From positions 70,308,001-70,372,000 of the forward strand of contig NC_043004.1 of the NCBI RefSeq assembly GCF_006345805.1: 64,000 nt of DNA, in the 5' to 3' direction. Below the pieces are notes generated by a model, which worked only from the letters and a program-made list of their open reading frames with translations, was not told where the DNA came from and ran no database searches. This DNA is from Octopus sinensis (lineage: Eukaryota). The position numbers and the translations under genes are program-made. This document shows, piece after piece, positions 14,386-26,925 of this stretch (position 1 is its first letter; each line of letters opens with the position of its first letter).

Positions 14386-14750
14386 GGGGAAAATGAGAGT
14401 AATAGAAGGAAATGTGTTAAGCTGGTGGAGCTATGCCAAAGCAATAGGTGGCAAACAAGGTGTGACCCTATCAAGGTGGAATGCAGAGGGTTTGCAGGCC
14501 AGTAGGCAGAAGGCCAAGTTGGCTGTGGAGGCAGCGGAAGTTGCCAAAAGGTTGCTGCGGATAACGAAGTGTGAGCCCTGGAAGGGACAGTGCTACTGGG
14601 GTAGAGCTAATTGAATGCAAGTTAGGACTTGATCAACCCCTGATTAGGTTGCCTGGGTTAGGGTGTCTGATGTTGAAAGACCTGAAATGTCTAATGAACA
14701 CAAGAAACATCACTAATGATGTGTCCAGGTGCATCACCGGATGACAAATG
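14386..14750 (+). mobile_element. restriction-like-endonuclease non-LTR retrotransposon (Hero-like) 3' end
   Basis: KLVELCQSNRWQTRCDPIKVECRGFAGQ and AVEAAEVAKRLLRITKCEPW resemble the Hero C-terminus (EVGCRGFAG motif); followed by a 3'UTR-like segment. Confidence 0.6.
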
Positions 14751-15234
14751 GAAAAAAATGATTGATTGATTGATTGAGTCATAGATGGATGAATGGAGAG
14801 AGAAAGAGAGAGAGAGAGAAAGAGAGAGAGGAAGAGAGAGAAAGAGAGAGAGGAAGAGAGAGGAAGAGAGAGATGGATGGATGAATCTTAGGCTATTGGC
14901 CAGAAGACTAAAAGACCAGATGTGCAACAAAGAACTCAATACATTAAAATTTAGCTTAGTACACAAAGGCATAGGGAGACTGCTCTGATCTATGAAAGCA
15001 AGGAAAAACATCTCCAACTCAGTTGCGCATCAATCATTTGTAACAAAATAGACCATATTCTACAGAGTATATTTTCAAAATGTAGACTAAAATACATTTA
15101 TTTATGATATATACACTAGGGTGGTACCAATGTGGCAAATTTGCCAATTCTCCTCAGAGATACAAAAAGGTACCCCTGAGGAGAATATAGTACCAGAACA
15201 AGTGATATATCTACAGAGTATATATAAAAGGGTA

Positions 15235-15560
15235 AAGAACCCCTTCGGTCATGAATGACCATAGGATTGCACCGAGAAAGTTACCCTCCGAGACACAAAT
15301 CCATGTAAGGTTGTTTGTGGAAGACCAGCAGTTGTCCATGCATACCAGCCTCCCCTCTCCATGCCACCGATGTTATCCAAGGGATAAGGCAAAGCTGATA
15401 CAGCATGACACCAGTGACATCACAACTCAGTCCTAGAGCTGAGTGAGCTGGAGCAACGTGAAATAAAGTGTTTTGCTCAAGAACACAACACACAGCCCAG
15501 TCCACAAACTGAACTCATAACCTCATGGTTTTGAGCCCAGTGTTGAACCATGTGCCTTCA
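15235..15560 (-). mobile_element. tRNA-derived SINE (third family)
   Basis: Decayed tRNA-like head, then tgtgttgtgttcttgagcaaaacactttatttcacg; related fragments at 7290-7430, 10480-10600 and 31150-31230. Confidence 0.65.
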
Positions 15561-15587
15561 CACAGAGTATATATATATATATATATA

Positions 15588-15900
15588 TTGTTGTTGGCAT
15601 CCTTTTGTCTTGGAAGACAATGGAGTTGTGCATAAACTAATCCAGTCTGGTTTTTACATTTCATGTCCTCTCCAGTTTTGCGCAGGCCTGGGCTAGATGT
15701 AAGAAAATCCTGGGTAGCCCAATCGTCAGGATTCCTCTCTCAACCTTGCTGACTTAGTCCAAAGGAGTCCGGAGCATTACATTTGGCACCAGCTTGGTTG
15801 CAGGAGCTGCCAGAAGAGTGTCAAATCAAACACTAAACCGCCTACGAGGTTCCACTCCAGATTTCTTTGAAGGTTGTCTCCTTTCCATAACCCTGTAGAG
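15588..15900 (-). mobile_element. short non-autonomous RTE derivative (RTE 3' end on a non-coding 5' part)
   Basis: 3' end aggacatgaaatgtaaaaa...caactccattgtc...aggatgccaacaacaa is shared with the RTE at 38457-38875; no RT coding sequence. Confidence 0.6.
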
Positions 15901-15923
15901 AGAAAGACTTTTCTCAAAAAGTT

Positions 15924-16107
15924 AATGGTACTAATCATTAGGAAGGAATTTTACAGATTGTGTGTAGGCTTTAATAAATGCGAAAGCGCTTTCAGTTCCC
16001 AGCGTTATCAAACACATACTTGATAATGCCGAGAACTGAAAATGCTTGCACGTTTATTAAAGCCTACACACAATCTGTGAAATTCCTTGCTAAAGTTTAG
16101 TACCATT
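15924..16107. repeat. imperfect palindromic element
   Basis: Arms aatggtactaa...tgtgtgtaggctttaataaa / tttattaaagcctacacaca...ttagtaccatt. Confidence 0.8.
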
Positions 16108-16759
16108 CTAAAAAGTTCTTTTCTTAATCTTAACTTTTTCAATAAAATCTTTCTCTAAATATTACAACTATATCAAGTAATTTCATAAATGCTCTAAATA
16201 TGTATACATATACTTTTCTTTTACTTGTTTCAGTCTGAAATTATACTGAAGCACCACCTTTGGTTGAACAAAGTAACTCCAGAACTTATTCTTTGTAAGT
16301 ATAGTACTTATTCTATCAGACTATTTTTGCTGAACCGCAAGGTGACAGGGGCTTAAACCCACCAACATCGATGGTGGAGGGACAAACTACAAAAGCACTC
16401 GGAGTGCACCGACCTCCGCCAAGCAGCTCATTTCCACCCATATACATGCATGTTGAAAATCGCCCAATTTCCCAAACCAACGACAGGAAAGACAGAAACC
16501 TCCTTGGCGGGGATATAAAAAAAATCACACAGCCATATGATTTTTTTAAAAAAACCCTTTAAAAACAGGAATCATCCCAATATCAAGGCTTGTCATGTCA
16601 TCCTTCGCAGACCTCTGCCAAGTAGCTCATTTTAAGATAGATACGCAAGTAAGATAAATTAATAGAGAATTGAAAATAAACTTTAGAAACAGCAACGCCA
16701 CCATAGGTTATGTGGAAACGGTGAATGTGTTTTCAAGGGAGATAATCTAAGAACATAAC

Positions 16760-16993
16760 ATTGTAATACTTCATGTAAAGTAAATATAACAAATGAAAAA
16801 TCCTTCAAGAATCCATACAAATTTCCAGATCACTACCAAAATTTCATCACCTGTTCCTTGTATCATTACTAACTTTTCCTGCAAGTTTCATCAAATACTG
16901 TTCTCAACTTTTTCAGTTATTTTGCACACATACGGACAGACAGACAACCCAACGCCAATGAAAGCATAACCTCTTTCCTTTGCGGAGGTAATA
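16760..16993 (+). mobile_element. Helentron-associated (HINE-like) element 3' part
   Basis: GACA microsatellite followed by a terminal acct..ggaggt hairpin; relatives at 16390-16518 and 63104-63466. Confidence 0.45.
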
Positions 16994-17005
16994 ACAAATA
17001 CATAC

Positions 17006-17043
<38 letters not shown>

Positions 17044-17251
17044 GACAGGTTTCTTTCAGTTTCTGTCTACCAAATCCACTCACAAGGCTTTGGTTGGCCC
17101 AAGGCTATAGTAGAAGACACTTTCCCAAGATGTCACACAGTGGGACTGAACCGGAACCATGTGATTAGGAAGTAAGCTTCTTACCACACAGCCACTCTTG
17201 CACCTATATATTTTATATATATATATATATATATATGAAATATATATATAT

Positions 17252-17320
<69 letters not shown>

Positions 17321-17424
17321 CATATATATATCATATATATATATATCATATATCATATATATATATATATGTATATCATATATAATCATATATATATATC
17401 ATATATATATATATATGTGTATAT

Positions 17425-17472
<48 letters not shown>

Positions 17473-17892
17473 CATATATGTATACATGCATGTGTGTCAG
17501 TGTGTATGTGTGTGTGTGTGTGTGTATGAGAGAGAGAGAAAGAGAGTTTTTTGTTGTTGTTGTTTTCTTTTCATTCTTTATTATCATGACACTAATATTT
17601 CACTCCATGAATAGCTCAGAATGCAAGTAAAACTTATTAAAAGATGAAAAAAAAAAAAAGAAATTCCAAGTTGAGAAATCCTGTAGAGTTAGTCGAAACA
17701 TGGATCAATAATATGTTCCAGTAGTTGATGAATTCATGATGAATGGATCAAGTTCAGCTTTAGATGATAAAATAAATTTATTTATATTTTCTTAGTTATG
17801 AGCTTTTGAAAGAGACAAAGTTGAAATGCAAAATGAGAAAATTCATATATGTATATACACACAAATATACATACATACATACATATATGCTG

Positions 17893-18262
17893 ATGCCACG
17901 AACGTGGCTGATGCCAGCGCTGCCTCGACTGGCTCCAGTGCCAGTGGCACTTAAAAAAGCACCATCCGAACGTGGCCGTTGCCAGCGCCGCCTTCGCTGG
18001 CTTCCGTGCCAGTGGCACGTTAAAAGATCCAACCGATCATGGCTGATGCCGGATCCCCCTGGCACCTGTGCAGGTGGCACGTAAAAAGCACCCACTACAC
18101 TCGCGGAGTGGTTGGCATTAGGAAGGGCATCCAGCTGTAGAAACTCTGCCAAATCAGACTGGAGCCTGGAGCAGCCCCTGGCTTCCCAGACCCCGGTCAA
18201 ACCGTTCAACCTGTGCTAGCGCGGAAAACAGACGTTAAACAATGATGATGATGATGATGATG
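17893..18262 (+). mobile_element. SINE-like family B with tandem hairpin modules
   Basis: gtgcc.gtggcac modules, ggaagggcatccagctgtag core, (GAT)n tail. Confidence 0.75.
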
Positions 18263-19113
18263 ATATATATATATATATATATATATAAGTAGATGTATGG
18301 TTAAGAACTTTGCTTCAAAACTACGTGATTTCATAGTAAAGATTGTTTGCCAACATAACATGACAGTCCTGGTTTCGGACCAATGTTGCTGTAATTTAGC
18401 CCCAGGAGACATCGTCTCCAGCTGGCTATACGACATGATCTGTGTCCTTATATTTTCAAACAAGGGAATCTAGCACCCCCCCCCACTCAGCTCAGTCATT
18501 ACTACAAAGTATTGTTGCTGAATATCTCTCGTTGTGAGATTAGAAAACAGTAATTTTCTAATCTACATGATTTCAGTTATAGTCCTCCCACATGACACGT
18601 TGGGCATGTGTCTTCTACTATAGCCCTAGGCTGACCAACGTCTAGTGAATGGTCTTGGTATACAGAAAATGAAATAAGCCCCTCATACACACACATAATT
18701 GGAAACAGGTAAGGGTTGGTGAGAGGAAGGACATCCAGAACAAATTTCCGCTGACCCATCATGCAAGAATGGAAAAGTGAACCTTAAAATGATGATTGGT
18801 ATTATATATATATAAATTTAAATTTGAATATTTAAATTTAAATCTCATGCAGATGTCTCGTGTATAATTCTGCAAATTATATTTTGCTATGACGATCACA
18901 CTAATGAATTGCAGACATTTACGTAAATTATTATGTAAATGGTAACAATGAAACCGGCTTCGTGATTAATCTTTGTATTTTGTATCTTTTCATTTGTCTT
19001 GCTCGCTTACGTTCTGACGTTTGCTGAATTTTCATGACAACAATTTTTTCTTAGTAGTCAGACCATATGGGGTCTACCTCTAGAATAATGGATATCCACT
19101 TAGTGGTCATCCC

Positions 19114-19161
<48 letters not shown>

Positions 19162-19397
19162 ACCCATATGCACACATATAAACACAACAGGTTTCCTGTA
19201 GTCTTATCTACCAAATTCATTCACAAAGCATTGATCAGTGTCATGCAAAAACAGAAGACAGCTACAGTGGGAATGAGTCTGAAATCATGTAGTTCTGAAG
19301 TGTGTGTGTGTGCATGTATGTATTATGCATGTATATATATATATTCTTGAAAGGTATAAACTGGCCACTAAAGAATACACACACACACACACACAAC

Positions 19398-19546
19398 ATA
19401 TAGTTTTATTAAAGCTGAAAAATTATCGCAAGACTGTTACTCAGAGTTTCACTTTCCTTTTCATTGGACAGTTGTGATGACAAATGGGAACATGAAACTC
19501 TGAGTAACAGCCTTGCGATAATTTCGCAGCTTTAATAAAAATATAT
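19398..19546. repeat. palindromic element with a decayed hammerhead-like core
   Basis: ~54-bp arms (ttttattaaagctg...gttactcagagtttca and its complement). Confidence 0.8.
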
Positions 19547-19620
19547 ATCACTCTACTTTTGGTATTGGAGTACTACTTTTTCCACATTGTTTTGAACTTA
19601 TGTGCTCACCTGTATGCATG

Positions 19621-19644
<24 letters not shown>

Positions 19645-19651
<7 letters not shown>

Positions 19652-19760
19652 ATCACGTGACCGACCAGGCTATCAGATGTTGCTACACAACGCTAGTCAC
19701 AATGCGCTTCGCATTGTTTTAGCCTTCAAATGATGCCATCCCGCTGGCTAAGCGAGCAGG

Positions 19761-19762
<2 letters not shown>
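19645..19762 (-). mobile_element. 3' fragment of the tRNA-SINE seen at 32008
   Basis: tatcacgtgatcacgtgaccgacc matches the reverse complement of 32280-32305. Confidence 0.7.
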
Positions 19763-19804
<42 letters not shown>

Positions 19805-22395
19805 ATACACACATACTAAAATATATTGAATATATATCTATAAATATAAATGATGATGATGATGATGATGACGATGATGATGTTAACAATGATGATGATG
19901 ATAATGGTAACCAAGTATTCGTAAAATGTCAATGTGACCTGAATAGGTCAGTTTCACCTGAGTGCATATTTATGATTTGCAAATGTTGAGGAGTTGATGG
20001 CAGAGGAGAAGAAAAATGATAGGAAGTGAACTGGCATCACGTATCTCCTATTGTCACCCCTCGCATACGATGTCACCCATCTTATTTTTAACTAAACTGT
20101 TATTTGAGGAATCTTCTAGATTTCTATATCAATAATTCCAAAGATAGCTTCCCTTCTTAAATTGACATTTCCAATACAATGCTGCTAATTTCACAGAATC
20201 AATGATTGGGATATTGCCTATGCAGTCAACATGCTTGGAATATAAACCAAAAAGAGTTGAAGCTATTGTTCCCACCTTGTATGCCTGCTCTAGTCATATT
20301 GTTCTCCTTCTATGGGATTCCAACAAGAATAAATAATAAACATAAACTGGCCAATGCATTGTGAATGAAACTGGAAGACAGAAACTACATGGAAGCCAGT
20401 CTCATATGTATGTGTGTATGCACGTAAGAGAGAGAGAACAAGTTTTTACTTCCACTTCTTGTTTGAGAGCAACTGAGCAAGAATAACAGTGTTGTTATGT
20501 TTACACACCCAGTGAACATAATGGTTCTGTAGCTTTGCTCTTGAAATTGTGGACTAAAAGCTCCCTTGCTTATAAAATAGGTAAGGGTTGGTAAGAGGAA
20601 AAGCATCTGGGCATAAAAATTCTACCTCAAATAAGTTTTCAATAGGCAAAAAACATGACTATGTGGTTAAGAAATTCAATATGCAACCATGTGGTTTTGG
20701 CTCACCTTGGACAAATATCTTCAACTCTAGCCCTAATCTGACCAATGTCTTGTGAATGAATTTGAAAGATAGAAACTGTGTGGAAGCGCATCATGTGTGT
20801 GTGTATGCAATAGGTTTCTTTCAGTTTCTGTTTCCATCTATCAAATCCATTCGCAAGGCTCTGGTCAGCCTATGGCTATCATGGAAAACACTTGCCCAAG
20901 GTTCCATGCAACAGAGTTGAACCTGAAACCATGTGGTTGAGAAGCAAAATTTCTTACCACACGCCCATGACTATACTTCTATGTTTCTACGATATGGTGC
21001 GGAATTTCGGAATTTCTACACCAGAAATATACACTTCAATTAATACTACATTTCCTCCATTTCTTCATTCTCACTTTATCAAGATTTCCAAAAATTTCCA
21101 GATCAAAAAGATGGAATTGTTTGTCTTCAAGTTTCTTTGTCTTTGTTAATGAAAAGCAACGTGTTTACTCTGCAAATGAAAACACTTCAAATCATGTTTG
21201 CTGAAGTATTTATTCTTCAAATAAATAGCTGAATGGTGAGTTCACCCATGACATGTTTGACAAGACAATGGATTTACTGTCTGGATAACATTGCAAATGT
21301 AATTCCTTTCTGATGCATTTAAAGGCAATGTTTTTATCATGGGAAGTCCGACAGGAATGTACTTATCATGATGGAACTACTTGTGATGACTTTACACTTA
21401 ACTATGAACTGGACAACACATGCCTGTACCCATGTTATAACCTATGGCTTCTATTTTAATTTTATATCTCTTATTTATTACATGTTTCGTTCACTAGAGT
21501 GTGGCCATGCTGGGGCACCATTTCGAAGGGTTTTATCAAGAAAACTTACCCTAGAACTTATTTTAAAATCTGATACTTATTTTATTAGTCTCTTTTGCCA
21601 AACTGCTAATTCACAGGGATATAAACAAGCCACAAACCAACACCAGTTGTAGAGGATCAGCACAAAGACATGCACATATACAAAACATACACACACAGAC
21701 ATATATATGTATATATAGGCAGAGGCGTGGCTGTGTGGTAAGAAGATTCCTTCCCGATCACACAGTTCTGGATTCAGTCCCATTGCATGGCATCTTGGGC
21801 AAGTGTCTTCTACTAAAACCTCAAGCCAACCAAAGCCCAGTGAGTGGATTTTCTAGAAGGAAACTGAAAGAAGCCCATCATATATACATATATATATAAT
21901 GGGCTTCCACATAGTTTTCACCAACCAAATTCACGTACATGGCAGCTACAGTAGAAGACATTTATCCAAGGTGCAGCACAGTGGGGCTGACCCCAAAAAT
22001 ACATGGTTACAAAGGGAGCTTCTTAATCACACAGCCATACCTGTACCTTGATGTTTGGTATGATAACATATCCAAACTCATACAATGATCAGAATATGAA
22101 TATGCAAGCCATGTGCTGCAGAAGTTGTCATTCGGACAAACAAACGACTTGCAAAAAACATTGTAAAAAGCAAAAGAAACCTCACACGCAGAATAATAGT
22201 AGAGATTAGCAATTTTCTTCTGTTGGTGTAGTATACACCACCTGATAAAGGATTAATGACAAGTGGTGAGATGCTCTGAGATCCATCTAACCAATGCCAG
22301 AACGGAAAACTGACATACGATAATTATGATGAATACATGCATATGTGTATATATATATAATATATATATATAAATATATATATATAATATATATA

Positions 22396-22457
<62 letters not shown>

Positions 22458-22464
22458 TATATAT

Positions 22465-22510
<46 letters not shown>

Positions 22511-22709
22511 ATGTATGTGTGTGTGTATGTATGTATATGTACCCCCACAAACATATACATAATCAAATAGCTGTCAAGAGTTATAGGAGCACAAATAAAG
22601 AACCTTGGGAATGCTGAGTGTATGGGCCTCGCAGCAAATTATCAAATCAAGTTACAAGTTAGATGCAATAAAAATAATTAGAGAAACAGGCCAACACCCC
22701 AAAATTAAC

Positions 22710-22742
22710 CATTCACAAGTGGGACTTCAGTCTCCCTGTTCC
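22710..22742 (-). CDS. candidate 33-nt symmetric exon (NRETEVPLVN), gene unknown
   Basis: Very strong polypyrimidine acceptor tttattttttag|, g|GTTAAT donor, open phase-1 frame. Confidence 0.25.
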
Positions 22743-23636
22743 CTAAAAAATAAACAGACAACAAACAAGAAATACAATTCTTGTTTGCAAAGGAACTGTG
22801 ATAATTAAAGTGTTATATACATTTTATATCTGACGTCATTGTCGAGATAGGCATTTTCCATTAAGTATGTATTTCATGACAGCAATATTGTTTAAGGTTT
22901 AAAGTTTATAGATATTGTAATAGGAATCAGAGAATGTCTATTATAGAGCTAGCGTGTGTATATGTGCGTGTGCTTGTGCTTCTGTCTGTCTGTATGTCTG
23001 TGTCTCATCATCATCATCGTTTAACATCCGTTTTCTGCGCTAGCACGGGCTGGACGACTTGACCGGGGTCTGGGAAGCCAGGGGCTGCACCAGGCTCCAG
23101 TCTGATCTGGCAGAGTTTCTACAGCTGGATGCCCTTCCTAACGCCAACCACTCCACGAGAGTAGTGGGTGCTTTTTACGTGCCACCGGCACAGGTGCCAG
23201 GGGAGTCTGGCATTGGCCACTATCGGTTGATGCTTTTAACGTGCCACCGGCACGGAAGCCAGCCTAGGAGGTGCTGGCATTGGCCACGTTCGGATGGTGC
23301 TTTTTATGTGCCACCGGCACAGAAGCCAGTCGAGGTATTTTTATATTTGTTTCAGTCATTTAACTGTGACCATGCTGGAGCACTGCCTTTTAGTTGAAGA
23401 AATCAACCCCAGGACTTATTCTTTGTAAGCCTGGTACTTATTAAGATGAAGTGGACTCAGTTGAATGCCTGAATAACACCTTATAACTTTATCAGAGCCT
23501 TGAATATGAAGTGCAATTAATTTGAGAAATAATTACATTTGTGCCTCTATAGGGAAGGGCATCAACAATGAGAAAGTTATGAATATATTGAGTTCTACAA
23601 CAGGTTATTAGTCTCGCAACGCCTAAGCAAAATATA

Positions 23637-23854
23637 CAAAGGGGTGCTGAAGAGTTCCTGCCTTTAGAATATTGCAAAAGGCCTGGTTGGAGACCCAACC
23701 TTCCAAGTTCTTTTTCAGGGCTTAGATAAACTGAAGGACTGCTGCAATAAGTGTGTGAATCTGAGAGGGGAATATGTTGAATAAAATCATAATTAACTGA
23801 TCCTCCTGTATTTTCTTTTACCCAAACCTAGGAACTTTTCAGCACCCACTCCTG
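23637..23854. mobile_element. mariner-type MITE
   Basis: TIRs ggggtgctgaagagttcctg / ggaacttttcagcaccc, TA flanks; same family as 58874-59066. Confidence 0.8.
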
Positions 23855-23890
23855 TATATATATATGTGTATGTGTGTGTGTGTGTGTGTG

Positions 23891-24651
23891 TAAACAAAGC
23901 AGAACATTAAAAACAAATTTTAATTAACTGGCTGCAAATTCACTTATTGTATAATGAACTGTCAAAGCATTTTCTACAGACCTTCTCATTATTATGATAT
24001 TAACATTCCATGTGAAGCTAATATAGGAGATATAAATTCCTGAGACAAAGGTAATACAATCAAATAACACACATAGTTACTAATTAAAATGTTAGCCATA
24101 TAATTGTGAAACCTTTCTCCTGTGTTATGCAAGGTTCAGCTTATTTCTATGATTTTCTTCATTGAAATTACAGCAAAAGAGAGTGGAAAAAGGAAGGATT
24201 AGAGGAATCAAAAGAATAGAATTAACTATTGCATTAACGTGTGTATGCGTGTGTATGTGTGTGTGTGTGTGTTGTGTGTGTGTGTGTGTGTGTAAACAAA
24301 GCAGAACATTAAAAACAAATTTAATTAACTGGCTGCAAATTCACTTATTGTATAATGAACTGTCAAAGCATTTTCTACAGACCTTCTCATTATTATGATA
24401 TTAACATTCCATGTGAAGCTAATATAGGAGATATAAATTCCTGAGACAAAGGTAATACAATCAAATAACACACATAGTTACTAATTAAAATGTTAGCCAT
24501 ATAATTGTGAAACCTTTCTCCTGTGTTATGCAAGGTTCAGCTTATTTCTATGATTTTCTTCATTGAAATTACAGCAAAAGAGAGTGGAAAAAGGAAGGAT
24601 TAGAGGAATCAAAAGAATAGAATTAACTATTGCATTAACGTGTGTATGCGT

Positions 24652-24688
<37 letters not shown>
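23891..24688. repeat. near-identical tandem duplication, ~402-bp unit
   Basis: Units start taaacaaagcagaac at 23891 and 24293; both are bounded by (TG)n. Confidence 0.95.
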
Positions 24689-24689
<1 letters not shown>

Positions 24690-25184
24690 AAGTATGCATG
24701 TGTATGTATTTCTATATGTATGATTTCTTTTTAGTGTTTTTTGTAGTAGCAAGCACTTAAGGATAAAGTGGCTCTCAAGTTCTGTTTATCAAGGTGCCTC
24801 TAAAAGAAAGGGTTACATGCCTGCCTCAAATTTTTCTCAGATCTATCTTTCAGAGATCTTCAAATAAAAAGTTCACCTCCAATGAAATGACAACAAACTA
24901 CTTTCATCTGATCTATTGTATAAATCTTGACCTCCATCGTAGGCACAAGACCACAAATTTGGGAAAGGGTTACAGGCAGTGACACTGATTCTATTGCTTA
25001 AAAATCCTTAAATCCTTAAAAATGTTTTAGCCCGAAGGCCGCAGCCATGCTGGGGCACCGCTTACTTGAAATTTTGTTACTCTCTTTTACTCTAATTAGC
25101 ATTTAGTTGCAAACCTTTACACTCTGATTTCAAATCCAACTGAGACCAACTTAGCTTTTTATTCTTCCTGAGTCTATAACATAG

Positions 25185-25590
25185 ACGTAAGAGTGGTTGT
25201 GTGGTCAGTAGCTTGCTTATGAACCACATGGTTCAGGGTTCAGTCCCACTGCATGGCAACTTGGGCAAGTGTCTTCTACTATAGCCTCGGGCCGACCAAA
25301 GCCTTGTGAGTGGATTTGGTAGACAGAAACTGAAGGAAGCCCATCGTATATATGTATATGTATATATATGCATGTGTGTATATATGTTTGTGTGTCTGTG
25401 TTTGTCTCCCCAACGTCACTTGACAACCGATGGTGGTGTGTTTACGTCCCTGTAACTTAGCGGTTCGGCAAAAGAGACCAATAGAATAAGTACTAGGGTT
25501 ACAAAGAATAAGTCCTGGTGTCGATTTGCTCGACTAAAGGCGGTGCTCCAGCATGGCCACAGTCAAATGACTGAAACAAGTAAGAGAGTA
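25185..25590 (+). mobile_element. SINE family A
   Basis: Full head, internal microsatellite and 3' half. Confidence 0.8.
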
Positions 25591-26324
25591 CATGTACCCA
25601 TCAACATGAGATCAGTGAATGCAAAAAATATGAAGGTACGTGACCCTAACAAATGACACAGATGAGTGTACTCTCTACAGGGAAACATTGAAATTATCAA
25701 GAAAATATATGGCTGTGGAAGCTTGGTGCCAATGAATCTAGCGTTTGTTCTGTTTACAAAGTGCATAGTGGAGATGATCCACATATCACTGATTCACATA
25801 TTAATGTGCTTTAAGAACTAAACCTCTGTGATAAACCTGGATAGATGTATAAGACATCTTGACTATTGTTCTAAATATAGTCTGTATATATTTGAAGACC
25901 AAACTACAGTTCTAATTACCATATATGTATAATGGCTAGGTTAAGGTTCTAATTATAGCTTATTACCTCAAATTCCTCAAATGCAGTACATGCTATCAAA
26001 TGAATAAATCATTTGACTCTATGGAATTTCACAATTACATCAGTTTCCCTTTCTCACTTCTACAGCCCCAATCATCCCTAACTAATAACATCTGTTGTCA
26101 AACCCAATAATGACCACCCTTCACAATACTACCCATCCCACTAATCTCCCAAATCATCACTTTTACCTCTCTGGTCACTCACCCCCTCCCTTTGCTCTGA
26201 CTCTCCTATCTTTTCTTACCCTTACTTGCTTCAACATTCTCCACACGCCCATTCAAGTCACATACTTGCTCCCTCCACTGATTTTTAGTGGCCTTCTTAT
26301 TCACTCATTCTACCTATTGTCAAG

Positions 26325-26925
26325 AAGGCCGAGGGTGTCTTGGCATCACTCAGCAAGACTTTTGTTAGCCGCTCTCCAGCCATCTATTTAAAGCTGTATA
26401 CAGCTATGGTACGACCACACTTGGAATTCGCATCATCAGTTTGGAACCCCTATCTTGCTCAGAACATTGACCTCCTGGAATCTGTTCAGAGACATGCAAC
26501 CAAACGCATACCCTCCATCAGACACCTACCATATTCTGAGCACCTTGTTTCCCTGGGCATGGATTCACTGAAGCTCCGGCGTCTGGCGATGGACTTGGTA
26601 AACACCCACAAAGTTATCAACCACCTCACCAACAACAACACTGAACACCTTTTTGATCTCCATGTGTCCAACACACGTGGACATGCCTACAAAGTCAGAA
26701 AACAACACAGCTCCCATGACTTTCGGAAACATTTTTTCACGCTCAGAGTTGCTGAAGCATGGAACAAATTGCCTGCGTCAGTTGTTGACTGCCATGACAC
26801 TGCATCCTTTAAGGCCCTCATGCTTTCCGAAATCCGCCGAAACTACACCTGATTATGCATACACTTTAGATGAGTTGTAGTGCACCAGAGCACTGTACAC
26901 AATGTTTTATTATTATTATTATTAA
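26325..26925 (+). mobile_element. CR1-clade LINE, 5'-truncated; ORF2 C-terminus 26340-26852
   Basis: LYTAMVRPHLEFASSVWNPY...LESVQRHATK...TRGHAYK...FFTLRVAEAWNKLP; (ATT)n tail. Confidence 0.92.

Noticed and set aside
14660-14700. CTGATG...GAAA in the Hero-like 3'UTR as a hammerhead
   Set aside because: The core reads CUGAUGU and there is no helix I.
21229-21480. Plus-strand ATG|GTGAGT, short intron and cysteine-rich ORF
   Set aside because: Several incompatible frames are equally plausible and there is no recognisable homology.
23980-24050. Plus-strand exon with strong cag| and aag|GTAATA signals inside the duplication
   Set aside because: All three frames contain stops; at most a non-coding exon.
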